Assembly: GCA_964016885.1 (NCBI GenBank)
Contig: OZ024743.1
Coordinates: 221,898,001 to 221,962,000 of the forward strand
Source of the DNA: Eledone cirrhosa
Lineage: Eukaryota
DNA length: 64,000 nt
Reading direction: 5' to 3'
Shown here: piece after piece, positions 10,308 to 23,230 of the stretch
How the letters are laid out: each line of letters begins with the position of its first letter
Numbering within the stretch: position 1 is the stretch's first letter
The notes under the pieces: model-generated
What the model was told of the DNA's origin: nothing
What the model saw: the letters and a program-made list of their open reading frames with translations, nothing else
The model's database searches: none
Made by a program: the position numbers and the translations under genes

Positions 10308-12947
10308 ATGAATAAGAAGTTTTCATCAGGTGCTGAGAAGCGTGCACTCAAAAGAAAAAAGGATTTGGAATCAGCAGGCAAAGCAAAAAGTCAAAGATTA
10401 TTGACTTTTTCTGCGCCCCATAGTGCAGATATTGAGGATGTTGCAGAAGAAAATATTCCTACAATATCTACAGGTGAAGCTGAAACTATTCCTGAAGGGG
10501 CTGAACCTGTGCTTCCTTCTCAAGTGACTGAACCTGCTGTAGAAAATATAAGTCTTTCTGCAGTTGAAAATGAACTTTCTGAAATTAGTCAGGCTTCAAT
10601 GCCATTTTTAAATGACAAAGCACGATTTGACACAGGAAAGAATAAAGTGAAAGATTACTTGAACATTTTAGTTGAAAGGGGTGCTTGTCAACCTTTGGAA
10701 AATGATGTGCCTACAGGAGACTATCCCATTATCCATTCTAGAAAATTCAAGAGCAGTTACTATAATTTAAAAAAAACCTTGAAGAACGAGTACACAGATA
10801 CTGGCTAGCTTATTCATACAAAGGTAATTATTGTTACTGCCATCATTGCTGGTTATTTGGTGATGAAGAGGTCAAAAACTCGCCATGGTCAAAGAGTATG
10901 AATGATTGGAAGCACATTTCCAAAAGCATTGAAAAACACTCTCAATCAAAAATTCATCACAGAGCAGTATATGCCTATAAACAGTTCGCCAAGAATATGT
11001 CCATTGGAGTTTCAGTGAAAAAACAAATGGATGCAGAAGTTCAAAAATGGAAATATGTTCTTAATCATCAGTTCGGACTTTTACGAGAACTTACATGTCT
11101 AGGATTGCCACTAAGAGGTCATAGAGAATCCTTGGATGCTGATAATCCAGGTGTGTACTTATCAATATTAAGGCACATAAGCACAATCGATCCTATTCTT
11201 AAACAACATTTTGAGGACAAGGGACAACTCAAATATCTGAGCAAAACTATCTTTGAGGAACAAGTCCAGATTCTTTCAAAAATGACACTTGACAAAATTG
11301 TTGATCTTTGCAAGGAAGCCAAATTTTTCACTGTGATTGCTGATTCTACAACTGATATAAGTCATAAGGACCAAATGGCGGTGCTATTGAGATTTATAAA
11401 AATTGACAGACTTGAAAAGTCAGTGGAAATTGTAGAACACTTTGTTGGATATTATCATGTCCTTGATGCTAGTGCAATTGGTATTACCAGTGTCATAGAA
11501 AAGGCATTGTTTGAAGAACTTGGCTTGCAGCGCAAACATCTTAAAGGACAGGCATATGATGGAGCATCTGTGATGAGTGGGGCATTAGGTGGTGTTCAAG
11601 CTTTACTAAAACAGAATATGGCACTGGACGGAAATACTTTTGTTCCATATGTTCACTGTCCTCCCCACCAACTCAATCTAGTTCTTGAACATGCAGCTCA
11701 AAGTGGTACTCCTCCACCTCTTGTTGAAATTAAATGCTTCTTTGATAACATTCAATCTATCTATGCTTTCTTTGTTAATTCAAATAGACGCTGGAGTCAA
11801 CTTCTTGATATGGCAAAAAGTCAGGAGAAGAATCTTTTAGAAGCTGTTGAGAAGGTTATTTCTAATTCAATTGACGAAGAAGTTGAATATGAGCATATAT
11901 GTGGCTCATCAAGATCCGGAACCTTGAAATCACTCTCTCAGACAAGGTGGTCAGCCAGACATAATGCAGTTTCTGCTCTCCTGGGAAACTTTCACAATGT
12001 CAGTGAATGTCTGGCAGATTTGATAGAAGAAAATCATGACTCAAATGAAGTAAAACAGGCAACTGATTTGCAAGGGAAAATGGACTGGACTTTTTTCCTA
12101 TCTCTACTTTGGTGGAACAAAATGTTAGAAAATATGAATTCAGCTAATCGTCTTCTACAAGCTAAGACAATTGATTTATTCCTTGTGACTGAGTGCTTTG
12201 AACGTTCAACAGATAAATTGGAAGAACTCAGATGCGATCACAAATTTGAACAATTTGTGGACCAGGCAAAAAAAGCCTGGAATGACGTGGGATTTGATGC
12301 ATCTGAAGCTGATTTTAAAATAACGCAAGTAAGGAGAAGAAAGATTATGGATGGTGAAGTTTGTGGTATTGAAAGACTAGCTACTGCTTCAGATAGATAT
12401 CGCACTGCAATTTATTTTCAATCACTGGATAGTATGATTGGGGAGATGAGAGCCCGAACTGAAGGAATAAAAAAAATATCTTCAATCTTTGGATTTTTGA
12501 GTCCAAATCGACTGGCTAAATGCTCAGATGATGAACTAAAAACACATGTAGCAACATTGGTAGATAACTTTCCAAATGAATTCACACTGGAACTCAGAAA
12601 TGAACTCTTTTCTTTCATTGGCCTCTACTTTTCACAGCCAAACGCAGCTTTAAAACAAAGTGGGGTTATGCCATATCTGAAATTTTTACTGAACAATGAC
12701 TTGTGTGATGTCTTTCCCGAGTTTGAAATTCTGGTAAGACTATTTCTCACTTTACCAATTGGCATAGCAAGTGCGGAACGCTCTTTCAGTGTTCTACGAA
12801 GAATTAAAAATTATCTTCGTTCAACGATGGGCCAGGAGAGGCTATCCAGTTTTGCCCTGCTGGCAATTGAAAACAAAATTACTAAACTTGGACCACGCTA
12901 TAACTCATTTTTCAACTGTTAAAGCTCGCAGAGGTCTGCGCATGTAA
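10308..12947 (+). pseudogene. hAT transposase (ZMYM1-like/TTF zinc finger, DUF4371, dimerization domain) with two frameshifts
   Basis: WLAYS..YCHHCWLF..W..H..S..H finger; IADSTTD, AYDGASVM, CPPH, TRWS, AERSFS; frameshifts at the A-run near 10770 and near 12888 (alternate frame ends FSTVKARRGLRM*). Confidence 0.9.
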
Positions 12948-13183
12948 AAGCAATTTGTGTAAAAGACTAACATATATACAACTTTATTATTTGTTTACAG
13001 TACAGCACATCTGTTTGTTTGTTTCAAATAAAGTGTGCTTGTAATTTAATTGTCTTCTTAATGATTATTGGTAGCTAAATGGGAAATAAAAAAAAAAAAC
13101 TTTTTCAATACTCGCTCGAAAAGAAGGTACTTTAATTTTCACTCTGGGGCCTCCTTACTGACCAATGCCGACTGGGCCCTATT

Positions 13184-13200
13184 CCTTAAATCCGCCACTG
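13184..13200 (-). mobile_element. Right terminal inverted repeat of the hAT element (cagtggcggatttaagg on - strand)
   Basis: Typical hAT CAGTGGCGGATT terminus just before the LINE begins; no matching left TIR found. Confidence 0.65.
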
Positions 13201-16104
13201 TTGACAGGGGGAGTCGTCAACAATAGATGGTGGGGGGCTCTCAAAAGAGAGATTAGAATAATTGTTTCTACTTTAGGCACAAGGCCAGCAATTACCCAGT
13301 GCATTACTGGTACTTTATTTTATCGACCCCGTAAGGATGAAAGGCAAAGTCAACCTCGGCGGGATTTGAACTCAGATCGTAAGAGAGATTAGAATAATGT
13401 CGATAGAGTTTAGCAAAGAAGTAGCGTTAGAGAAAAATAGAAAGGAGGGGGAGTTGGTAGATAAGTTAGACGAGGCTATTGGTAGTTGCATTGCAACAGA
13501 CGTGCTAGCGGCGAGAATGGCATTAGACAATTTCTTCAATGCGAAACACGAAGGTTGCATTGTCAGAGCTAAGGCGCGTGCTCTGAGAAACGAGGGAACC
13601 AAAACTGTTCGATGGGCCCGCATGGCAGAGGCGCAGCGTGGTAATAAAACCACGATTCGGTCTTTGACGGACCGAGACGGACACGAGCTGAACGATTCCA
13701 AGCGGATGTGTGAGGCCTTTCGCCAACATTTTGCTCGGTTGTTCGGGGAAAGTGGCGGGTCAGAGATGGTGGCGGACTTCAGTCCCTACCTCGAAGGCTT
13801 GCTGCAAATCTCGACGGCTGACGCTGGGCGCTGCGAAAGGCCAATTACTTCAGCCGAGATTCAGGATGCCCTTGTCGGCTGCATGAGGCGCAAGTCACCC
13901 GGTTTGGATGGTCTGCCCTACGAGCTTTACGTAAATATGCCAGACTTGTTCTCCAATCTCCTCGAAGCCCTCTACTGCAACTGGCAGCAAAACGGGAGTA
14001 TTCCCAGTTCTGTGAGCCGGGGCGTAGTGACGCTGATAAGGAAAGACGAGAACAAGAGGGACACATTAGACAATTTCAGGCTCATAACTCTGTTCAACAC
14101 AGAGTTTAAGATTTTGGCCAGGGTGTTAGCGAAGAGGTTGGCGCTTGTCGTCGGGGATTTGGTTGGGAGGCGCAAACTTGCGCAATCCCAACAAGGTCCA
14201 TACACGACAACCTCCACCTAATGCGATACATCATAGAGAGGGTAGGGTGTAAACCTGGCTTCGGTGGGGTTCTGATCAATTTAGATCAATCGAAAGCATT
14301 CGATAGGGTTGACCATCGGTATCTGGAGGCTGTCCTCAAGGCGGCTGGCTTCGGCCCCGTCTTCAGAAGCCGGATCGCTGCAATGCACAGCGGCACCTGC
14401 TCGATGGTCAAAATTAATGGCCACCTCTCGGAACCGTTTCAGGTCTTCCGATCGGTCCGTCAAGGGTGCCCTCTCTCCTCCCTTCTGTACATATTGACTC
14501 TCGAGCCTTTACTGCGGAAGCTGGAGCTGTTGCAGGGCATCCCGCTCGAACCGGGACGCGGAAAGGTTGTGTCGGCTTATGCGGACGACATCACCGTGAT
14601 GGTGTCGGACACCTCAGAAATCGAGGTGGTCGGCAACTTATTGCAGGAATATGAAAGGTTGACGGGAGCAAAACTTAACCCGGAAAAGTCGGTGGGCTTG
14701 CAACTCGGCACCTGGAGAGGCAGGTCCATGCCGTCCAACAGCGTCGTAAGGCGCTGGACGGACGGACCGGTAAAGTTGCTAGGGGTTTGGTTCGGGCCAG
14801 ACCTCCAGGTGGATAAGAATTGGGACGAGGTGACGGGCAGGGTAGCCAGTCTCACCCAGAAATGGGCTGGGATAAAGCTATCACTGAAAGGTCGGGCGGA
14901 AGTGGCGAACGCGTACATCACGTCCGTCATCTACTACCGTCTGTCATCTACTCCTCTACGTGGAGGGCTGGGCAGGCCGTGGCTAATGATGCGCAGGCAC
15001 GCGCTGAGGCTGCAGCATCTCCAGATATTCTGCCTAAACGGTGAACAGATGTGGTCGCCGTTTGTCAGACGGGCCTTCCCGCAGCTCGTTTCTTTGACTG
15101 AGCTTCAGTCCTGGGTCAAGAAGAGACCGAGACTGGGTGACTGGCATCTGGAATGTTGCCAGGCACTCACTGCCCTCTACCAGGTGGGCAATGCGGTCAG
15201 TGGAACTTCCACTCTCGAGTTCTATAGAGGATTAGTGGTGGGGAAGTGCGACGACGCACTCGGAGAGGCTCTGGGAGTCAACGAAGTCGAACTAACCAGT
15301 CTGTACCGGAGGACTTTCGAGCCGGGGACGATGGATAATTTCCAAAAATCCCTCGCTTGGCAGTGCTACCGAGGGGCACTGCCGGTTCGAGATAAACTCT
15401 ACAGGCACGGAAGTGCTGTCAGACGGACCTGCCCGAGATTCGCGCAGAGCGACGAAACCGTTCTGCACCCACTGGTCCAGTGTCCGTGCATTACTGACTT
15501 GTGGAGTTATGTTGAACAGCTGTTGTCGCGTGTGGAACGGATCCGGCTATCGGCCGAGTCCATGGTGAAGATCGACCCGCCGCCTTCTTTTGGCCAGGAA
15601 GGGCAGGCAATTTTCCTCTGTCTGGTGGCAGTAGCGAAAGAGGTTGTATGGTGGACGAGGTTGAAAGGACTGAAGACAGACACTTTTTCAAGCTTCACTT
15701 GAAAAGGAAGGTGAGGGTGGAGAGAGAAGAGCTGCCCTCCAGTACATTTGCTGAAAGGTGGGTGAATGTGGCGAGAATGGCTCGTGTGAGTGGGCCTACT
15801 CTGGTCATGCGGCTGTAGGTAGGTAAATTTGAGGAGGAGAGGGGTGCCCTTCCAGGGTGCTCTCGAAGCGTCGGGTCGTTCAGGATTGGTGGGGTACCTA
15901 AGCGAACCCTAGGTGGTCATCCCCCCTATTGGGGAATTTTTTCTTGTAATTTTCTTGTTACTTTATTGTTACTTTGTTATTGTTACTTTGTTATTGTTAT
16001 TCATATTGTTTACTCGATTTTTCTGTAAAACTCCACTGTCCCAGTCTTTTGTATTGTCCCCTATATGTCGGCCCTTGTGGCCAATAAATGAAATCATTAT
16101 TATT
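13201..16104 (+). mobile_element. L1/Tx1-clade LINE, 5'-truncated ORF2 (RT + zf-RVT), frameshifted
   Basis: KSPGLDGLPYELY, NFRLITLFNTEFKILA, LDQSKAFDRVDH, VRQGCPLS, AYADD, TCPR..DETVLH..VQCP; 3' aataaatgaaatc(att)n. Confidence 0.9.
13263..13380 (-). mobile_element. 5'-truncated family-S SINE inserted in LINE ORF2 with 18-bp TSD
   Basis: aagagagattagaataat at 13245-13262 and 13381-13398; removing the insert joins ...WWGALKREIRI to MSIEFSKE. Confidence 0.9.
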
Positions 16105-16145
16105 AGTAGTAGTATTAGTATTAGTAGTAATAACAGCAGCAGCAA

Positions 16146-16196
<51 letters not shown>

Positions 16197-17268
16197 CAGC
16201 AGCAACAGCAACAGCATTAATAGTAGTGGTTACTGTTGTCGTTTTGGCTGTGTCGTTCTAACCTTCATTATCGTCATCTTTCATCGCTTGCCACCAGACT
16301 TATTGTAACCAACAACATCATCATCATCATCGTCATCATCCACATCATCATCATCATCATCATCATCATCGTCATCATCCACATCATCATCATCATCACA
16401 GAAAACGTTCTTTGCGAGATAAAATGATTGATTGAGAAAAAACAACAAACAGAAAACAACAAATGTTCGATTACGATAATGTTTGAAAACAAATTACACA
16501 CACATGCATATGCACACATACACACACACACACGCATACACACACACACATGCATACACACACATGCATACACACACATACACATGCATAAGCACACATA
16601 AACGCAGATACACACTCACATACACACTCATAAACACAAATAAACACATACATTCACACACATACAGCCATGCATACACACACAAACAGATACACACACA
16701 TACACACACATCCTTGGTTTTCCATCCACATAAATAAATACAAACCCACGTACAGCCATACATACGAACATGTACACTATATCGATACACATACATATAT
16801 ACATAAATACATACATTCATACATACATACATACATCCACAACCACATACTCAACCACATACATGCACACACATACATACATACATACATACATACATAC
16901 ATACATACATACATACAGACATGCAGACAGAACCACATACTCAACCACATAGACACTCACACATACATGCATACATACATACATACATACATACATACAT
17001 ACATACATACATACATACATACATACATACATACATACATACATACATACATACATACATACATACATTCCTACGTACATATATACATATTGAAAAAATC
17101 ATGTGTAATTATCTGTAAACATTCATTTGTGATGTTTGATATAATGGATGAGAGAAATAAGTGTCGTTATTTAGTCATTACAAAATGTGGTTTGGGGCGC
17201 CTCGTTTTCAAACGAGCAGACGATAACGATGATCAAAATGTCGACAGCACTGATTGCGATTGGTGTAG

Positions 17269-17302
<34 letters not shown>

Positions 17303-17620
17303 CAACAAATATATTTCAATATTAGGATGTATGTATGTGTATGTATGTTTGTATATATATATATGTATGTATGTATGTGTATCTATGTGTATTTATGTGT
17401 GTGTTGGTGTATGTTTGTATGTACAGGCAGATAGATAGAGAGAGGTGGTTAGTTAGATAGATAGATAGAAAGAAAGGTGGATGTATGAATGGATAGATAC
17501 ATGGAGAGCGAGAGTGAGAGAGTTGGATAGTTAGGTAGATAGATACACGGAGAGCGATAGAGGAAGAGGTGGATAGTTAAGTAGATAGATAGACTGATAG
17601 ATAAAGAGAGAAGATGAGAG
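16105..17620. repeat. Compound microsatellite block (AGT, CAT, CA, TACA, TA, GATA)
   Basis: Direct inspection; source of spurious ORFs. Confidence 0.95.
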
Positions 17621-17949
17621 AGAAATTTGCTTATTTATATGTTTATTAAAAGGAGCCGATCGTCAGAACGGACCAAGGAAACAATATTTCCATTGGTCTT
17701 TCCATTACTGATTACTATCTGCCAGTCGCAACTCCTGTTTATTTATTTATTTAACTGCAGTAAGATAAAACTGTGGAATTCCTTTTTAATTGGTTCTCCA
17801 ATTTTGATTCTGTTTGTATTTTGCATACCAAAGACCTCAGCCCGATGATGCAAGCATCTTTCTTATTTGGACATTCGTTTCATTTATGCAGCGTCGTCGT
17901 CGTTGATGATGATACTGATAAGGAGGAGGATAACTGTGATGATCATACT

Positions 17950-19265
17950 GGTTTCTGATTTAGGCACAAGGCCTACAATTTGGGGGGGGGGGTCGATTAA
18001 ATCGACCCCAATGCATTACTGGTACTTCATTTTATCGACCCTGTAATGATGAAAGGCAACTCTAATCTCGACGGGATTAAAAATCAGAACGTAAAGAGCC
18101 GTAATTCTGTGCAAAGAAGCATTTGGTCCGACGCTCTACCGATTCTGCCACTCCGATACTGATAACAACTATACAGGGGGAGGGGGAGGGTAATAGGATC
18201 ATGAGGATAATCATGATGACCATGATCATCATAATGGTTTCTGATTTAGGCACAAGGCTAACAATTTAGGGGAGCGAGGAAAGTCGATTAAATCAACCCA
18301 GTGCGTTACTGGTACTTTATTTTATCGACCCTGTAAGAATGAAAGGCAACTCTATCTTCGACGGGGTTTGAACTCAGAAAGCAAAGGGCCGTAACTCTAT
18401 GCAGTAACATTATGATGATCATTCAACATAACTTTAATCAAAGGTTTTCCAATCCTGACCATTCTGTTATGGTTTCTCGAAGATTTGGTTGTCATTTCTC
18501 GCAACTCAAGCGATCACCAAGTAGATCGCTCGCTGGACAGTTTATATCATTTTCTAACTGTTGGTGTTGTTTAGCCAGAGGTCAGTTTGATAGGGCGGAC
18601 TCATAAGCAAAGGGTTCGTAGTTTGGTTTTAGGACCATCATATCAAATATATCCACTTTTTTTAAATAGTGAGAGTACGATTTCAGTGAGATCTGACTGC
18701 TGTTTCTAATAGTGGGGGATCCCCTCTTTCGTTCTATCTCTCATGTCAGCTCGTTTGTTTTGCAGTTGTCGGCTTTTGTATTTTGTTTAAATTTGTGGAT
18801 TCTATTGGAAATAACAATTGATGTAAACGATGAGGAACACAATCGCCTCATTACCTAATTCTTAGGAGATGTCGGTGGAGCACACAGTGTGTGACGAGGA
18901 TGACCCTCTGAATTACAGATAGTTAGAAAGTTAGAAAGTCAAGATGGGAATAAATAGAAGAACAGTGAGGAGAAACAGAGGAGCAAAAAGTCGTTGAGAA
19001 GGTCACAGAATGTGCGACGAAAGAGATTAGACAATTAAATATGACAATTCAATATCCATCCGCTTACTAATCTAACTAAAGAATGGATTGGTTACCTAAT
19101 TAATAATAATTTGAGGGGGAGGGGGAAGTCGATTAAATCCCCCCCCCCCCCCAGTGTGTTACTGGTATTTTACTTTATCGACCCTGTCAGGATGAATAGC
19201 AAAGCTAACCTCGGCGGGATTTGAACTCAGAACGTAAAAGGACGCAACTTCTGCCGAGAAGCATT
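17950..19265 (-). mobile_element. Three family-S SINE copies (~17950-18155, ~18235-18405, ~19110-19265)
   Basis: Reverse-complement core and tail motifs. Confidence 0.75.
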
Positions 19266-19439
19266 GTTACCTAATCTCCTTATAATATATAACCACCAAT
19301 TTCTCTGTCTGTCTGTCCGACAGTGGAAACACGTGCGCGCGTGCGAATGTTTTTTGCGCACGCGACGCGTAGAGAGAGAGTGAGAGTGAAAGAAAGAGAC
19401 AGACTACAAGAGGGGGATAGCGGGAGGGAGAGAAGGGGG

Positions 19440-19712
19440 AATTGAGAAGTGCTACAGAAACATATATACATTTCTGTGTGTGTGTAATATATATATATAT
19501 ATATATACACACAGAAATATATAAACATTTCTGTGTGTGTAATATATATATATATACACACAGAAATATATATACATTTCTGTGTGTGTTATATATATAT
19601 ATATATATACACACACAGAAATATATATACATTTCTGTGTGTGTAATATATATATATATATATACACACAGAAATATATATACATTTCTGTGTGTGTAAT
19701 ATATATATATAT
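19440..19712. repeat. Self-complementary minisatellite (cacacagaaat-atatatac-atttctgtgtg + (TA)n); also at 21695-21870 and 22425-22697
   Basis: Each ~50-55-bp unit is a hairpin. Confidence 0.85.
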
Positions 19713-21693
19713 AAATTGGAATAAATGCTCTGAAATAGCGATATATATGTGAATATAGACATAGAATATTCGAAAATATTCTGTATGTTTATAATAAACA
19801 TTTTGAAGACCTAATCGCTATAGAATAGAATACGTCACGTATTACAATTAGATTCTCGATAAAAGCAAGGGAAGTAATCTACGCGTTTCATTCTTGTTAG
19901 AAATCATCAGGACTACATATCCAGTGCTTTTATCGAGAATGACACAGCTAGAGACTTATAGAATACTTAGCTGTGTACAGGAACTGGTTTGAAAGAGCGG
20001 TTGCCGGTCCGGCAGAAATTAGAAATTGGAATAAATGCTCTGAAATAGCGATATATATGTGAATATAGACATAGAATATTCGAAAATATTCTGTATGTTT
20101 ATAATAAACATTTTGAAGACCTAATCGCTATAGAATAGAATACGTCACGTATTACAATTAGATTCTCGATAAAAGCAAGGGAAGTAATCTACGCGTTTCA
20201 TTCTTGTTAGAAATCATCAGGACTACATATCCAGTGCTTTTATCGAGAATGACACAGCTAGAGACTTATAGAATACTTAGCTGTGTACAGGAACTGGTTT
20301 GAAAGAGCGGTTGCCGGTCCGGCAGAAATTAGAAATTGGAATAAATGCTCTGAAATAGCGATATATATGTGAATATAGACATAGAATATTCGAAAATATT
20401 CTGTATGTTTATAATAAACATTTTGAAGACCTAATCGCTATAGAATAGAATACGTCACGTATTACAATTAGATTCTCGATAAAAGCAAGGGAAGTAATCT
20501 ACCGGACCGGCAACCGCTCTTTCAAACCAGTTCCTGTACACAGCTAAGTATTCTATAAGTCTCTAGCTGTGTCATTCTCGATAAAAGCACTGGATATGTA
20601 GTCCTGATGATTTCTAACAAGAATGAAACGCGTAGATTACTTCCCTTGCTTTTATCGAGAATCTAATTGTAATACGTGACGTATTCTATTCTATAGCGAT
20701 TAGGTCTTCAAAATGTTTATTATAAACATACAGAATATTTTCGAATATTCTATGTCTATATTCACATATATATCGCTATTTCAGAGCATTTATTCCAATT
20801 TCTAATTTCTGCCGGACCGGCAACCGCTCTTTCAAACCAGTTCCTGTACACAGCTAAGTATTCTATAAGTCTCTAGCTGTGTCATTCTCGATAAAAGCAC
20901 TGGATATGTAGTCCTGATGATTTCTAACAAGAATGAAACGCGTAGATTACTTCCCTTGCTTTTATCGAGAATCTAATTGTAATACGTGACGTATTCTATT
21001 CTATAGCGATTAGGTCTTCAAAATGTTTATTATAAACATACAGAATATTTTCGAATATTCTATGTCTATATTCACATATATATCGCTATTTCAGAGCATT
21101 TATTCCAATTTCTAATTTCTGCCGGACCGGCAACCGCTCTTTCAAACCAGTTCCTGTACACAGCTAAGTATTCTATAAGTCTCTAGCTGTGTCATTCTCG
21201 ATAAAAGCACTGGATATGTAGTCCTGATGATTTCTAACAAGAATGAAACGCGTAGATTACTTCCCTTGCTTTTATCGAGAATCTAATTGTAATACGTGAC
21301 GTATTCTATTCTATAGCGATTAGGTCTTCAAAATGTTTATTATAAACATACAGAATATTTTCGAATATTCTATGTCTATATTCACATATATATCGCTATT
21401 TCAGAGCATTTATTCCAATTTCTAATTTCTGCCGGACCGGCAACCGCTCTTTCAAACCAGTTCCTGTACACAGCTAAGTATTCTATAAGTCTCTAGCTGT
21501 GTCATTCTCGATAAAAGCACTGGATATGTAGTCCTGATGATTTCTAACAAGAATGAAACGCGTAGATTACTTCCCTTGCTTTTATCGAGAATCTAATTGT
21601 AATACGTGACGTATTCTATTCTATAGCGATTAGGTCTTCAAAATGTTTATTATAAACATACAGAATATTTTCGAATATTCTATGTCTATATTC

Positions 21694-21694
<1 letters not shown>
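19713..21694. mobile_element. 310-bp hammerhead tandem array (non-LTR retrozyme-like): ~2.5 units on -, then ~3.85 units on +
   Basis: Period 310 (19713/20023/20333; CTGATGA at 20604/20914/21224/21534); inversion at 20501/20502; both outer ends abut (TA)n. Confidence 0.9.
20598..20640 (+). ncRNA. Minimal type I hammerhead (copies at 20908, 21218, 21528 on +; 19874-19916 and 20184-20226 on -)
   Basis: gtagtc-CTGATGA-t ttct aaca agaa t-GAAA-cgcg-TA-gattac; ACGCGT palindrome; enclosed by a 16-bp helix attctcgataaaagca/tgcttttatcgagaat. Confidence 0.9.
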
Positions 21695-21724
<30 letters not shown>

Positions 21725-21740
21725 GAAATATATATTTTTT

Positions 21741-21771
<31 letters not shown>

Positions 21772-22113
21772 TACATACACAGAAATGTATATATATTTCT
21801 GTGTGTATATATATATATATTACACACACAGAAATGTATATATATATATACACACAGAAATATATATACATCCCTTAGCTACTGTACTGTATCTGTTGCT
21901 ATCTCTCTCTCTCTCTCCAGCTATCCCTCTCTTTTAGTCTGTCTGTTTCTCTCACTCTTACTCTTTCTCTTTGTAACACACTAACATTCCTCCCCTCTAT
22001 CGCTGTGATGAATGAGGAGATGGAGGAGGAGGAGGAGGAGGAGAGAGTCACTTCGTCACTTCACTTCTGCCTTTCTTTCTCTCCCCTCTCACTCCCTCAT
22101 TACGTACAGACAT

Positions 22114-22309
22114 TAGGGCGGTGGATTGGCAGAATCTGTAGAGAGTCGGACACCATGCTTCATAGCATGGAGTTACGTCCCTTTACGGTCTGAGTTCAAA
22201 TACCGCCGAGGTTAACTTTGCCTTTCATCCTCACGGGGTCGATAAAATAAAGTACCAGTAATGTACTGGGTAATTGCTGGCCTTGTGCCAAAAGTAGAAA
22301 CAATTATTA
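22114..22309 (+). mobile_element. Full-length family-S tRNA-derived SINE (reference copy)
   Basis: A-box-like tggcagaatc, B-box gagttcaaa, core ccgaggttaactttgcctttcatcc..ggggtcgataaaataaagtaccag (resembles the Meta-type SINE core), tail ggccttgtgccaaaagtagaaacaattatt. Confidence 0.85.
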
Positions 22310-22626
22310 GAAACATTGCTTCATTTTTACATATCTAAGCATTAGTAAAATAACTAATAATTTCAAAAGTAATTTTTCAATTCCAATTGTTATGAACAGC
22401 AAAACATTAATAATAATTTTGTTCTAAGAAATATATATACATTTCTGTGTGTATAATATATATATATATACACACACACAGAAATATATATACATTTCTG
22501 TGTGTGTAATATATATATATATACACACACAGAAATATATATATACACACAGAAATATATATACATTTCTCGGTGTGTAATATATATATATATACACACA
22601 GAAATATATATACATTTCTGTGTATG

Positions 22627-22689
<63 letters not shown>

Positions 22690-23230
22690 GAAATATATGG
22701 GCATTTCTCTGTTTGTCTGTCTGTCCTTCCCTAAAACTCAAATGTAGGTGCTACAGAAATATTACCTTCCCTTTCCTTTCTCCACTTTGGTACTACCAAG
22801 AGAAACACTGTCGCTATAGAAACATTACCTTCCCCTCTCCACTGACTTTGGTCACTGAGGCCGAGGGAATCGCTGGTTGCTATAGAGACACCTTGCACAA
22901 GTCAGAAGTAACTAGTTCGAGGCGGTTCTGACTTGACACCATGCCAAGGACCATTTGAAGATATATTTCCATCGTTATATCATAACGTTTATGTATCATA
23001 ACGTTTATATTTCCGTCACTAATCTCTTTTTCTCCTTTTTCGTTTTAACATATATTTATTTCAGAGATTTCACCGTATAGATAACATATATATTTATACA
23101 TGCATAAAAGATACACAGAGAGACGGTGAACATGTGGTGCCGAAAACATTTCTCATCCAAATCTCAACAATATCAGTATATACACTAGATTTGCTAGCAG
23201 AAAACCGCCCACCGGGTGGTTTTCTGCTAG

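Noticed and set aside
10898-12922. Host ZMYM1-like gene
   Set aside because: Frameshifts, a right TIR and a complete transposase layout indicate a transposon copy
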